Shown here in pieces: positions 11,693 through 23,227 of a DNA stretch of 64,000 nt. Made by a program: the position numbers and the translations under genes. The notes beneath the pieces were generated by a model. The model was not told the DNA's origin. It searched no databases and worked only from the letters and a program-made list of their open reading frames with translations. The stretch's first letter is position 1. Each line of letters starts with the position of its first letter. Source of the DNA: an uncultured Solirubrobacteraceae bacterium (lineage in GTDB: Bacteria; Actinomycetota; Thermoleophilia; Solirubrobacterales; Solirubrobacteraceae); NCBI GenBank assembly GCA_963720215.1, contig CAVREV010000002.1, positions 78,746 through 142,745 of the forward strand, read 5' to 3'.

Positions 11693-12726
11693 GCAGCCTC
11701 GCGGTCGAGGGCGTGGTCAAGGGGTACGGCGCGACGGCGGTGCTCCGCGGGTTGAGCCTCGCGGTGGAGCCCGCGGCGCTGACGGCGGTTCTCGGCCTCT
11801 CCGGTTGCGGGAAGACGACCCTGCTGCGCGTGATCGCGGGCTTCGAGCGCCCCGAGCGGGGACAGGTGTCCCTCGGCGGCGTGACGCTCGACGACGGCCG
11901 CGTCTACCTCGCGCCGGAGCAGCGCGGGGTCGGGTACGTCCCGCAGGAGGACGCCCTCTTCCCGCACCTGACGGTCGCCGGCAACGTGGGCTTCGGCCTC
12001 CCCCGACGTGAGCGGCGCGGACGCGCGGTGGGGGACCTGCTGGAGATGGTGGGCCTCGCCGAGCTGGCGAGACGGATGCCGCACGAGCTCTCCGGTGGCG
12101 AGCAACAGCGCGTCGCCCTCGCCCGGGCGCTCGCCCGGCGCCCTCAGGCGCTGTTGCTCGACGAGCCCTTCTCCTCCCTCGACGCGACGCTCCGCGACCG
12201 CGTCCGCGAGGAGGTGCACGGGCTGCTGCGCGCACAGGGAATCACCACGCTGCTCGTCACCCACGACCAGGAGGAGGCGTTGTCGCTCGCCGACACCGTC
12301 GCCGTTCTCCGCGACGGGACGATCGTCCAGCACGGAACGCCGGCGGAGCTCTACGAGCAGCCTGCCGACTCCCGCCTGGCGGGCTTCCTCGGAGCGGTCA
12401 ACCTCGTGCCCGCCCAGTTCCACGATGGGACCGCGGAGACGCCGTTCGGCAGGCTCGAGCTGCGCGAGGCGAGCGCCGTCAGCGGCGCGGGCGTCGTGAT
12501 GATCCGTCCAGAGCAGCTCGAGGTGAGCACCGAAGCCAGCGACGCGGCCGTCGGCGGGCTCGTGGAGCAGTGCCGCTACTACGGCCACGACGCGCTCCTC
12601 GAGATCCGGCCGGACCCACCACGCGGCGTCGAGCGGCTGCTCGCTCGCGTGCATGGTGAGCAGGCGCTCCCGGCCGGCACGCGCGTGAGCATCCTCGCGC
12701 GTGGGCCGGTGACGGCGCTGGAATGA
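11689..12726 (+). CDS. ABC transporter ATPase (FbpC type)
   Basis: GLSGCGKT, LSGGEQQRVALAR, LLLDEPF; ATGA overlap with the permease. Confidence 0.93.
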   Translation: MSSLAVEGVVKGYGATAVLRGLSLAVEPAALTAVLGLSGCGKTTLLRVIAGFERPERGQVSLGGVTLDDGRVYLAPEQRGVGYVPQEDALFPHLTVAGNVGFGLPRRERRGRAVGDLLEMVGLAELARRMPHELSGGEQQRVALARALARRPQALLLDEPFSSLDATLRDRVREEVHGLLRAQGITTLLVTHDQEEALSLADTVAVLRDGTIVQHGTPAELYEQPADSRLAGFLGAVNLVPAQFHDGTAETPFGRLELREASAVSGAGVVMIRPEQLEVSTEASDAAVGGLVEQCRYYGHDALLEIRPDPPRGVERLLARVHGEQALPAGTRVSILARGPVTALE

Positions 12727-13172
12727 GGGCGGCTCGCCCCGGGATGATCGCCCTCGGGGTGCTCGCCCTGGCGGGCTGCGGGGGCGGCGGCACGGGCAGG
12801 GCCGGGACGGAGAGCGCTCCGAGCTATGTCTCTGAACCGTTCACCGCGCACGAGCAGCTCGTTGCGAAGGGAGCTCGGCTGATCGTCGCCGACGGCTGCT
12901 CGTCCTGTCACCTGGCGGGGCAGGCGCACGGACTCGGGCCGAGCTTCACAAGCTTCGCCGGGCACCGTGTCACGTTGTCCGACGGCCGTCGGGCGCTCGT
13001 CGACGAACGCTTCATCCGTCGGTCGCTGCTGAGCCCGCGGAGCGCGGAGCTGCGCGGCTATGACCCCTCGCCGATGCTTCGCTCGCTCCGCCGGCTGCAC
13101 CTCGCCAGGATGCCGGCCGAGGTCGCCGCGCTGGCGGCGTTCATCGAGCAGATCGGCCCCGAACCGGGGTGA
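12723..13172 (+). CDS. c-type cytochrome lipoprotein
   Basis: Lipobox LAGC, CSSCH heme motif, GPSF..G..V.L.DG. Confidence 0.85.
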   Translation: MRAARPGMIALGVLALAGCGGGGTGRAGTESAPSYVSEPFTAHEQLVAKGARLIVADGCSSCHLAGQAHGLGPSFTSFAGHRVTLSDGRRALVDERFIRRSLLSPRSAELRGYDPSPMLRSLRRLHLARMPAEVAALAAFIEQIGPEPG

Positions 13173-13212
13173 GCTGCCACCCGCGCTCCGCGCCGCCACC
13201 TAGCATCTGGGC

Positions 13213-14161
13213 ATGAGTCCGGGCTGGAGGTGGGACTTCGAGGACGAGCCCCGGGGGCCCGCACCGTCGGCCGGCCCGCGCACGGGGACGGACGGGCCGC
13301 CACCGCATATCCGCCGCCGCCGTCTCGGTGCCGCGGTGCTGGTGCTCCTCCTCGCCGCGGTCGTCTTCGGGGCGTCACGTCTCGGCACCCACCACGCCGC
13401 GGCGGCCGCTCGACCGGGCCCCAGCCCCGAGCGGGAGACGCCGAAGGGATCGGCGGGCGTGGCAGAGCCCGAAAACGACCAGGACGGGGTCGTCGCCTCG
13501 GTGCTGGCGTACACGCCGTTCGTCAAGGAAGGCGGCAGCCGCGGCCACGACGTCGCGCTCACCTTCGACGATGGGCCCGGGCCCTACACACCCCAGGTCC
13601 TCGACGTGCTCGAGCGCAACCACGTACATGCCACCTTCTTCGCGATCGGGGCGATGGAGCAGTACTTCGGGACCTCGACGGAACGGGAAATCCGTGACGG
13701 GGACGTCATCGGCGACCATACCGAGACCCACCCCCCACTCGCGACGCTGTCCGCGCACGACCAGCGTGAACAGCTCTTCGAACAGATCGCCCGGGTGGAA
13801 CTCCGCGGAGGGGAGCGGCCGGTGCTGTTCCGTCCCCCCTACGGCTCCTATGACGCCACGACGATGAAGCAGCTGTCGGCGCTCCACCTGCTGATGGTGC
13901 TGTGGTCGGACGACACCGACGATTACCTCCGACCCGGCGTGAGGACGATCGTGGAGCGAGCGCTCGAAGGCGCCCACCCCGGAGCGATCATCCTGCTCCA
14001 CGATGCCGGCGGTGATCGCAGCGAGACGATCGCCGCGCTCCCGGAGATCATCAAGGGGATTCCGCACGCGCGGGCTCCGTCTGGTGACCGTCCCACAGCT
14101 GTTGCGCGATGACCCTCCGCCGGCCGGCAGGACGCTGCCGGCGAACCTCAGCGGCGACTGA
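13213..14161 (+). CDS. Polysaccharide deacetylase (NodB type), C-terminal frameshift
   Basis: TFDDGP, HTETH, FRPPYG, IILLHD. Confidence 0.9.
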
Positions 14162-14222
14162 CGCGAGGCGTATCCTTGATCGAGATGCCGGGTCGGGCCG
14201 ACGTCCCTCCCACGCGCCCGCG

Positions 14223-15164
14223 ATGGACCTAGAGTCGCGCGCGGCGCTGCGCGCCAGTCGCCGCAGGGCCGTGCGCCGCCGCCGCCTGACAGCGATCGCG
14301 ACGATCGCGCTCGCCGGCTGTGCGATCGTGGCGATCGCCCTCGCGGCGGGCGGATCCTCGAGCGGGCGCCCCGGCGCGGCCCCGCGGGACGCGGCCAGGC
14401 AGCGAGCGGTCGGCACCCCCGGCGTGGCGAGAGCCACCGGGCCTCCGGGAACGGAGCCGGTGCCGATTCTCATGTACCACGTGATCGCCCCCCCGCCGGC
14501 GGGCGCGCCGTTCCCGGGGCTGTATGTCCCGCCGGAGGAGTTCGCCGCGCAGATGCATGCGCTGAAGCGCTCGGGCTGGCACGCCGTCACGCTCGACGAG
14601 GTCGAGTCTTACTGGCACCACGGCGTCGAGCTGGGGCCCGGGCGGCCGATCGTCGTGAGCTTCGACAACGGCTACAACTCCCAATACACGCAGGCGCTGC
14701 CGGTGCTGCGGGGGCTCGGCTGGGTCGCCGTCGAGAACCTCCAGCTGAGCGGGCTGCCGCCATCGCAGGGCGGCCTCGGCGAAGGCCAGATCCAGGGTCT
14801 GCTGGCCGCCGGCTGGGAACTGGACACGCAGGGCTACAGCCACGCCGACCTCGTGACCCTCGACGCGGAAGAGCTCCACTTCCAGGTCGCCGTCGCGCGG
14901 GCGACGCTTCGCCGCCGCTACCACGTGCCGGTGAACTGGTTCTGCTACCCCTCGGGCCACTACGACGCGAGCGTGATCGCGGCGGTGAAGACGGCCGGCT
15001 TCCTCGGCTCCACGACGGTCATCCCGGGCTGGGCCCACCCCTCCGAAGATCCCTACCGGCTGCCGCGGCTGCGGGTCCTCGGCGGGACGAGCCCCCAGGA
15101 ACTGCTCGCGCAGCTGGCGAGCATCCGCGAGAACCCGCCGGCCCCCGCCTCCTACGGCAGCTGA
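14223..15164 (+). CDS. Polysaccharide deacetylase (IcaB/PgaB-like)
   Basis: VPILMYH, SFDNG, FCYPSG, LPRLRV. Confidence 0.88.
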   Translation: MDLESRAALRASRRRAVRRRRLTAIATIALAGCAIVAIALAAGGSSSGRPGAAPRDAARQRAVGTPGVARATGPPGTEPVPILMYHVIAPPPAGAPFPGLYVPPEEFAAQMHALKRSGWHAVTLDEVESYWHHGVELGPGRPIVVSFDNGYNSQYTQALPVLRGLGWVAVENLQLSGLPPSQGGLGEGQIQGLLAAGWELDTQGYSHADLVTLDAEELHFQVAVARATLRRRYHVPVNWFCYPSGHYDASVIAAVKTAGFLGSTTVIPGWAHPSEDPYRLPRLRVLGGTSPQELLAQLASIRENPPAPASYGS

Positions 15165-15229
15165 GACGGCCGAAGGCGATTACCCCGCGGGTAATCGACA
15201 TGGCCGGCGCCGCGTGGAAGGATTGACCG

Positions 15230-15637
15230 ATGGGCTCGATCCGCAAGCAGCTCGTCGTGGACGCCTCGCCGGAGAGCGTGTGGGACGCCGTGGCTGACTT
15301 CGGCGCCCTCCACACCCGGCTGGTCCCGGGCTTCGTCACCGACACACGTCTCGACGGTGGCGAGAGGATCGTCACGTTCGCCAGCGGGGCCGTCCAGCGC
15401 GAGCCGTTGGTGGATCGCGACGACGATGCGCGACGGCTCGTCTACTCGGCGGTGGACTCGCCGATGGGCGCCACGCACTACAACGCCTCCGTGGAGGTGC
15501 AGGCCGAGGGCGAGCGCGCGAGCCGCCTGGTTTGGGTGGTCGACTTCCTGCCCGATAGCCTCGCCGGGATGCTCGACGCCGCGATGGACGCGGGCGTCGC
15601 GTCGATGGCGAGGGCGCTCGGGCCAAGCCTGGCCTGA
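15230..15637 (+). CDS. SRPBCC family protein
   Basis: ASPESVWDAVADFG...WVVD pattern. Confidence 0.85.
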   Translation: MGSIRKQLVVDASPESVWDAVADFGALHTRLVPGFVTDTRLDGGERIVTFASGAVQREPLVDRDDDARRLVYSAVDSPMGATHYNASVEVQAEGERASRLVWVVDFLPDSLAGMLDAAMDAGVASMARALGPSLA

Positions 15638-15714
15638 CCGGACCGATTCGGCCGAACCCTGGCTCCAGCCGGCGAAAGGCCAGTAAGGACGGGGCTAGCC
15701 AATAGGATGCGGCC

Positions 15715-16789
15715 ATGGCGATGCCCCAGGCAGCCGCGCCGGCGCAGGGACGGCTCGCACGCGTTCACCCCAAACGCATCCTAATAGTCGCCCTCATCGT
15801 CGTCGTGCTCGGGGCCGCCGCGAGCCTGTTCGGCTGGGATGTGAGCGGCTGGCTCGAACATGTCTGGAACACGGTCACGAGCATCTCGCTCGGCTACCTG
15901 CTCGCGGGCATCGCGCTGATCACGATTCAGACGACCGCCACAGCGGTGGCGTGGCTCGCGATCCTTCGCTTCGCCTACCCGGAGGTGGACATCAAGTGGG
16001 TGCAGGTGCTGGCCTGCTATGCGACGGCCGTTGCGCTCGAACTGCGTCCTGCCCGGCGAATCTCGGCACCCTCGCGATGCTGCTGATGTTCACCACGATC
16101 ATCACCACGGCCACCTTCGCGGGTGTGCTGGCCGCCTACATCGTGCAGAAAGTCTTCTACACGGTGATCGGCACGGCGGGCTACATCTATCTGTTCCTGA
16201 CGGTCGGCGGCTCGTTCGACCTGCAGTTCGGCTTCATCAGCGAACACCCGTGGGCCGTCGTGATCCTGGTGGTTGGCGGCGGCATGCTGATCGCGCTCGT
16301 CGCAAGGGTGCTGAAACCGCGGCTGCTCGGATGGTGGGAACAGGCGAAGGAGGGCGGCGGGATCATCGCGCACCCACGGCAGTACGCCGGCGGCGTCCTG
16401 TTTCCGGAGGTGATCAGCTGGATCGCGATGCTCGGGATCATCGCTGTGTTCCTGGCCGCGTACAACATTCCCGTGAGCTTCCACACGGTGATGCGAGTCG
16501 TTGGGGGGAACTCGATCGCGAACATGACGTCGGTGACTCCGGGTGGGGCCGGCGTCACGCAGGGGTTCAACGTGCTCTCACTCAAGGGGGTGACGAGCTC
16601 CACCAACGCGACCGCCTATTCCGTTGCCCAGCAGCTCGTGACCACGGTCTGGAGCATCCTGTTCGCGATCATCGTGCTCGTTCGGGCGTTCGGCTGGTCG
16701 GGGGAGGATGTTGGTCGAGGACTCCTACAGCGAAGCGCGTGAGAAGAGCGCTGAGCAGGCCGCGGCCCGGAAGGCCAAGAGAGAGCTGA
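15715..16789 (+). CDS. Lysylphosphatidylglycerol-synthase-TM / flippase-like membrane protein (frameshifted)
   Basis: Multi-TM, LPANLG and TPGGAG motifs split over frames. Confidence 0.75.
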
Positions 16790-16861
16790 GACGGCGAAAC
16801 AGGTCCTCGACGGTCAGCTGACGGCAGGAGGAGCGTGGTTGAGGCGAGCAGCGAGCGAGGC

Positions 16862-18558
16862 TCAAAGCGGGGTTGCGTTGCGGGACCCGGCGGCGTCGAC
16901 CGCGCTCTGGATCGTGGGATAGACCCGGGTCAGGGCGGGGTCCTCGACGACGCGACGGAGGACGTCGCGGACCTGCCCGATGTCCCGGGCGATGAGCAGG
17001 CCCACGTCACGGCGGTGAAGCTCCTCGGCGAGATCGGCGAGCATTCGCGCGGCGCTCACGTCGACGAACGGGATCGTCTCGGCGTCGAGCACGATCCCCT
17101 GCAGGTCGGCGGGCTGCGCCGCCTGCATCACCCGCTGGCGCACGGCGTCGGCGTTGGCGAAGTAGAGCCCGCTCTCGATGCGGAGGACCACGACGTGCTC
17201 GGCGATCTCGTTCTCGGGGTGGCGGTCCATGTCGCTGTACAACCCATCGCCGCCGGGGACCTTGCCGAGGACGGCGACGTATGGACGCGACGCGCGGTAG
17301 ATGAGCAGGAGGAGCGACACGGCGATGCCGATGAACAGCCCTGGCAGCGTGTCGAACACGGTGACGCCGAGCAGCGCGGCCATCGCCGCGATGAAGTCGG
17401 GCCGGGCGACGAAGCCGAACTCGCGGCCCAGACGGCGGGTGTAGGCGCGGTACAGGGCACGGAGCGCGGGAACGTCGACGAGCTCGACGACAGCGGCGAT
17501 GACGATCGCGGCGAGCGTCGCCTCGGGCAGGCTTTCGAACAGGCCCGTGAGGGCAACCAGCGTGAGGATCGTGAGCCCCGCGACGAGCAGCCCGGAGAGC
17601 TGCGTGCGGGCGCCCGCGGAGGCATTCACGGCCGTCTTCGAGAGGCTGCCGTTGACGACCATGCCGCCCGAGAGCGCGGAGGCGAGGTTCGCGCCCCCGA
17701 GGCCGAGCAGCTCCCGGTTGGCATCGATCGCCTGGTGCTCGCGCGCGGCGTAGTTCTTGGCAGCGCCAAGGCCCTCGGCGAAGCCGACGAGCATGACGCC
17801 GATCCCACCTGCAGCCAGGGCACCGATATCGTGAAGGTGCACGTCCGGCGCCCCAGCGTCGGCAGGCCGCTCTTGATCGGACCGACGATCTCGACGCCGT
17901 GGTGATCGAGGTTCAACAGCTTCACCGCAGCGATCCCGAGGAGGACCGCCACGAGCGACCCGGGAACCACCGGCGCGACCCGGCGCAGAAGGACGATCAC
18001 GGCCAGTGAAAGCCCTCCGACGAGAAGCGTGAGGCCGTCCGTGTCCCCGAGGTGAGCGATGACGTGCCAGAGCTGCTGGAAGAAGTCGCCGCTGCCCTTC
18101 TCGATCCCGAGGAGCTTCGGCACCTGGCCGATGATGATCGTGAGGGCGAGCCCGACGATGAAGCCCTTCAGGACGGGCTCGGAGATGAAGCTCGCGAGAA
18201 AGCCCAGACGCAGGACGCCGGCGATCAGAGCCGCCAGCCCCGTGGTGATGGCGAGCGCAGCGGTCATCGCGGCGAAGCGGTCGCTGCCGAGCGGAACGAG
18301 GTTCGCGACCGTCGCCGCGGACAGCGCCGCCGTCGCCGCCATCGGCCCGGTGACGAGCTGACGGGAGCTGCCGAGCGCCGCGTAGAGAATCAGCGCTCCC
18401 GGCGCGGCGTAGAGGCCCACGACGGGAGAGACCCCGGCGATCGAAGCGTAGGCGAGGGCCTCGGGGACCAGCACCGCCCAGACCGTGAGCCCGGCAAGCA
18501 GATCGCCGCGCAGCCAGGAGCGCTCATAGCTGCGCAGCGACGGGAAGAGCCAGCCCAT
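16862..18558 (-). CDS. SulP anion permease with STAS domain (frameshift ~17845)
   Basis: GDLLAGLTV..VPEALAYA, GSLSKTAVN, C-terminal LYFANA...DVSA. Confidence 0.92.
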
Positions 18559-18632
18559 TCCGGCGCTAGCCTAACCCAGCCGGATCACGGGCCGGGGGGC
18601 CCGCGATCCCGCCGGCTCCTCCAGCTTGGGCG

Positions 18633-20522
18633 CTAGGTCGTGTAGGTGAAGCGGTCGGTTTTTGCCGGGCTCGTCCGCCCGTTGACCGTCGCTTTCACGT
18701 TCACCGTCCCCGTTTTCGTCGCCGGCGGCGCGATCACCGTGCAGATCATCGTCGAGGAGCATTCGACGGAAGTTGAGGGAGCTTTGTTGAACACGACTTT
18801 CGTCGCTTCGGTCCCCGGTTCGAACCCGGTACCGGTGATGGTGACTTCGGTGCCGCCGGCTTTCGAGCCAGTGGCGGGACTGACGCCCGTCACCGACGGC
18901 GCGCCATAGGTGAAGTTGTCGTTGCCTCCGAGTTTGCTCTCGCCGCTCGGCGTGGTCACGATCACGCTCACCGTGCCCGCTCCGGGGGGCGCGATCACGG
19001 TTATCGATTCCGCGAGGTCGGAGGTGATGTCCGTGGTTTCAACTTCGCCGAATGTGACCGAGGTGGCGTGGAGGAGATACTTGCCTTTGATCGTCACTTT
19101 GGTACCACCGGCGGAGGAGCCTTTCGTCGGCGTGACCTTGCTGATGACCGGCAGGAGGCCCGCGGCAGATGTCGTGAGGGTCGTTTCATTGCTGTAGGAG
19201 ACGCCGAAGGCGTTGCGCGCACGAAGCCGGACGTGGTAGGTGGTCATTGGGGTCAGACCGGTCACCGCCGCCGACACCTTGGAGGAGGTGGCCCCGCTCG
19301 GAAGCGTGCCGCAGGAGGCGCTGCTGCCGAGAGCCGGCGTTTCGCCATATTCGAAGGCGCATTCGCTCACGGCCGAGTCTTCGGGGTTCACGACGCCTCT
19401 CAGGAGCGCCGTTTCGGATGTGAGTTCCTCTGTGTTGCGCATCTGTGGCTTCGCGAGGGCCGGGAGCGTGGTGAAGCGAAGCGTGCCGCCTTCATCGTTG
19501 CCGAAGCGGTTGAGAGCAACCAGCCGGAACTCGTAGGTGGTGCTTTCGGTGAGGCCGGCCAGCGGCGCCGAGACCGCCACCGGTTCTTCTCCTGACCCCT
19601 GGCTCGAGGGTTCGCAGGGAGCGACGTTTTCAAGATTTCCCGCGCCCCACTGGAAGTAGCAGTCTTCGACGAGCGCACCATGCGGGGTCACAAAGCCCCG
19701 GAGCGTCGCCGTCGTGTGGGCCACCTGGCGAGCAGGTTCGGTGTTGGCACGTGGCTTGTTCGGCGGCGTGCCGAAGTGGGACTGGCCGCCCTGGACGACC
19801 CCGAAGGAGTTGCCGGCGACGACGCGGTAGTAGTAGGAGGCGCTTTCTTCGAGCCCGCTGATGCCGGCACTGACGGCCACCGGTTCGCTCCCCGCGCCAA
19901 GGTTCGCGGGGGAGCACGGGACCGTGTTGCTCAGCGCGCCGGGGTTGGTGCCCCATTCGAAGAAGCATTCGGTCACTTCCGAGTCGTTGGGCGTCACCAA
20001 CGCGTTGAGTGTTGCGGCGTGCTCACCGAGCGAAGTCACGGGTTCGGTGTTCGATCGGGGGGCCGTCGGGAGGGTCGTGAACCGTTCGATCGACCCGACG
20101 CCTTCGCCCTGTGAGCTGCCGGCGTGGAGCCGGTAGTAGTAGGTCGTGCTTTCGGAGAGGCCTTCGAGCGAGGCGTAGTCCGGGACGGGCGTTTCGAGAG
20201 AGCCCGGGGAGTACGCGCAGGTAGCGTCCTGGCTCAGCGTCGCTTCCGAGGTGCCGTATTCGAAATAGCATTCGGTGACGGTCGAGCCATTGGGGTTCAC
20301 TGAACCCCTGAGCGTCGCGCTCGTGCGTGCGAGTGCATTGACCTTCGCGGTTTCCACCGTCGGCGCAATGCCGCCGGCGAGCGCACCGATCGACCCCGTG
20401 GCGGCCAGCAGCGCGGCGAGCGCCATCGCGCAAACCAGCACCGATGTGCCGCGACGTCTACCCGCGCCGCTCCATCTCGGAGCGCTTGCGTTACGACCAT
20501 CCCCCGGCGTCTGAGCCCCCAT
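18633..20522 (-). CDS. Secreted protein with four FN3-like repeats and two IPT/TIG domains
   Basis: Repeated ATL.G.V.P..S.V..C.F..G units; P..G...GGT.VTI.G IPT motifs. Confidence 0.85.
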   Translation of the reverse strand: MGAQTPGDGRNASAPRWSGAGRRRGTSVLVCAMALAALLAATGSIGALAGGIAPTVETAKVNALARTSATLRGSVNPNGSTVTECYFEYGTSEATLSQDATCAYSPGSLETPVPDYASLEGLSESTTYYYRLHAGSSQGEGVGSIERFTTLPTAPRSNTEPVTSLGEHAATLNALVTPNDSEVTECFFEWGTNPGALSNTVPCSPANLGAGSEPVAVSAGISGLEESASYYYRVVAGNSFGVVQGGQSHFGTPPNKPRANTEPARQVAHTTATLRGFVTPHGALVEDCYFQWGAGNLENVAPCEPSSQGSGEEPVAVSAPLAGLTESTTYEFRLVALNRFGNDEGGTLRFTTLPALAKPQMRNTEELTSETALLRGVVNPEDSAVSECAFEYGETPALGSSASCGTLPSGATSSKVSAAVTGLTPMTTYHVRLRARNAFGVSYSNETTLTTSAAGLLPVISKVTPTKGSSAGGTKVTIKGKYLLHATSVTFGEVETTDITSDLAESITVIAPPGAGTVSVIVTTPSGESKLGGNDNFTYGAPSVTGVSPATGSKAGGTEVTITGTGFEPGTEATKVVFNKAPSTSVECSSTMICTVIAPPATKTGTVNVKATVNGRTSPAKTDRFTYTT

Positions 20523-20696
20523 AGCCACGCTCCCTCGTCTCCCCTCGGCCAGCCCGGCCCGGCCTCACCTGGCGGTCTCCTGAAACGCCAGGCGGCACGC
20601 TAAGCGCTGGCGGTCCTGCTGTCAACCCGGTTGGGGGCACCGTGGGGGGTCGAGCTTCCACGTACGCTCGACGGCTTCGGCGTAGAGTCCGCCGCC

Positions 20697-21191
20697 GTGC
20701 AGCCGCGGCGCGCCTCCGACTCCAACTCCGTGCTTACCCGCTGGATGGGTATCGAAGATGCAAACACGGCTGGATACGTCCACGGCGGCGTGATCATGCG
20801 GCTATGCGATGAGGTCGCGGGCATCGCGGCGATCCGTCACTGCGGTGTGCGCGTGGTGACGGCCGGGATGGATCGGATGACGTTCCTGCACCCCGTGCAC
20901 GTCGGACAGCTCGTCACTTTCCGGGCGACCGTCAATGCGGCATGGCACACCTCGGTGGAGGTGGGCGTGCGCGTGGACTCCGAGGACGTTCGCACCCGCG
21001 CCACCGCACACACGTCCACGGCCTATCTCACGATGGTGGCGCTCGATGACGAGGGACGCCCGGCGCCGGTCCCGGGCCTCGTAGCGGAGTCCGAGGACGA
21101 GCGCCGCCGGGAGAAGGAGGCGCAGCTTCGCCGGGACAACCGCCTCGCCGAGAGAGGGGCGATCCGGCGCGCCCGCGACGAGCGCAGCTGA
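20697..21191 (+). CDS. Acyl-CoA thioesterase (hotdog fold)
   Basis: DANTAGYVHGGVIMRLCDE, TSVEVGVRV. Confidence 0.9.
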   Translation: MQPRRASDSNSVLTRWMGIEDANTAGYVHGGVIMRLCDEVAGIAAIRHCGVRVVTAGMDRMTFLHPVHVGQLVTFRATVNAAWHTSVEVGVRVDSEDVRTRATAHTSTAYLTMVALDDEGRPAPVPGLVAESEDERRREKEAQLRRDNRLAERGAIRRARDERS

Positions 21192-21226
21192 CTGGTCTGA
21201 CCGTGCGTATCCGCTCACGCCGTGCC

Positions 21227-22508
21227 CTACGCTGCGCTCGCGGGTCTTTCGCGGGAGCGCCAGGGGTGCTCGGCCGCCGGTACGCTCTCCATCTCGGGTT
21301 GGTTCCCGCGGGGCTGTGAGTTCCACCAGCTGACGTAGCGCTCGGTCAGTGGCCTCGCCGTGAGTCCGTGGACGTAGACGGAGAGAGCGATCGTGGCGGT
21401 GATCGAGAGCAGCACCGGGTGGAGATTCGGGAGGGCGGAGTCGTCGAGAAGGATCACGGCGAAGACGATCGAGGCCAGGCCGCGAGGGCCGAACCACCCG
21501 AGGAAGGCCACCGTGGGCCGGCGAGCGCCGGTGCCCGCGAGGGCGAGCGCCACGGGTGCCATCCGCACGACCGTGAGGCTGAGAACCGCGTAGAGCGCGA
21601 TCTGCCAGGTGATTTCTTCGAGCGCCGGGCCGAGGATGACCGCACCGAAGACGATGAAGGTCACGGCGTTGAACAGCTCGCCGCCCTCGTCGACGAACTG
21701 CGTCACATGCGCGGGCTCGCTCGGACGGAGCGCTCCGAAGAGGAAGCCCGCGGTGAACGCGCCGATGAAGATGCTCCCCCCGAGCGCGCTGGCGACCCCG
21801 GCGGCGAGGAGTGCGGAGGCGGCGCTGAGGATCTGAAGCCAGTGCCCCTCGATGAGCCGGCGGGGGGAGCAGACGCGTAGCGCGAGCCCTCCGAGCCCAC
21901 CGGCGGCGATGCCGGCTATGAGCCCATATCCGATCGCTTCGAAGACGAGCTGGCTTGCCGTGTGATCAGAGACGGTGCCGGAGTCCGCCTCGACGATCGC
22001 GATCGCGATGAAGAACAGCGGTACGCAGAGCCCGTCGTTGAGACCACTCTCCACGTTGAGTCCCTGGCGGATCCGCGACGGAATCCGGGTGTCGGTGACG
22101 ACCGCCTGGCCGAGCGCGGCATCGGTGCATGCGAGCACCACGGCGAGCACGAGCGCCTCGGCGACGGTGATGCCCGGCAGGAGCGCCGCTCCTACGAGCG
22201 TGCCGGCGGCGATCGTGAGCGGCAGGCCGATGCCCAGGAGGCGCACGGGGACGACGAACTCGCGGCGCAACGCCCCCAGGGCAATGCGGGAGGCGTCGGC
22301 GAACAGGACGAGCGTGAGCGTGATCTCGGCCAGGAGCTTGACCTGCTCGCTGTGAACATGGAGATCGAGCAGCCCGAGAACCGGCCCCACGAGCAGGCCG
22401 GCGGTCGTGAAGAACATCGCCGCCGAGAATCTCCAGCCGCGCCAGTCGGCTCGACACTGCCGCATAGGCCAGCAGCAGTGCGGCAATCGTCGCGAGTGCC
22501 CAGGTCAT
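21227..22508 (-). CDS. Cation:proton antiporter (NhaP/CPA1), frameshift ~22445
   Basis: LFADA, TDAALG, ESGLNDG, WFGPRGLAS. Confidence 0.9.
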
Positions 22509-22618
22509 CCGTTGGGCAGTCTGACGGTTCAGGTCGATGCGCCGCCGCCGAGCCGCCAGCGCCGAAGAGGCCGCTGGCGGCAGCGACCTCTTCCCTTCGT
22601 CGAACGGGTGGCCGGCGG

Positions 22619-23137
22619 CTAGCTGACCTCAGCGGCGAGACGATCGTTGGCGCCGGGTCGGCTGCGGGCGTAAAGGCTGATCGTGCGGGCAATGGTCATC
22701 GCGAGGGCCTCGAGTACGAGCGCGTCGGTGAGCACGTCGGCGGTGATGTGGTGGGCGAGCATCCAGCTGTCGAGGCTTCCGGCGAACCAGTGCTGTGCGC
22801 CGTAGATGAAGGCGAGCCGCGCGGCGGCTGTCGCGATCCAGATCAGTGCGTAGCCGATGCCTGCCCGCGTGAACACCTCGCCGTTGGCGGCGTCGTGCTC
22901 GACGTGCATGAAGCTCGCGGCGAGGAGGCCGAGGACGGCGCCCGTGCCGGCGGCTGCGAGCTCGAGCGCCAGACCGGCGCCGCTCGTCGCCAAAGCGGTC
23001 AGGTAGATCGAGCCGGCGATGCCGGCGATGATCAGCGGGCGGTGCAGGCGCCGGCCACCGACGGCGCGGTGGCCGAGGTCCGAGAGGAACACGCCGGTGA
23101 GGATGACGGCGGTGAGGATGAGGGCGCTGGTCGGCAT
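22619..23137 (-). CDS. Hypothetical membrane protein (DUF1453-like)
   Basis: About five TM helices, RBS AAGGAG, divergent from the two-component system. Confidence 0.65.
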   Translation of the reverse strand: MPTSALILTAVILTGVFLSDLGHRAVGGRRLHRPLIIAGIAGSIYLTALATSGAGLALELAAAGTGAVLGLLAASFMHVEHDAANGEVFTRAGIGYALIWIATAAARLAFIYGAQHWFAGSLDSWMLAHHITADVLTDALVLEALAMTIARTISLYARSRPGANDRLAAEVS

Positions 23138-23227
23138 TTCGTCTCCTTGTTTCGTGGGTTCGGCTTGTGGAACACACGGTCGCAGCGGCGCGGGCCCGCT
23201 GTCATCGGCGCGTGGGACGATCTGTGG

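Noticed and set aside
18562-18580. GGTTAGGCTA upstream of SulP as an IdeR box
   Set aside because: Only half the palindrome matches; it is equally explained as a TAGGCT -10 element of a leaderless gene.
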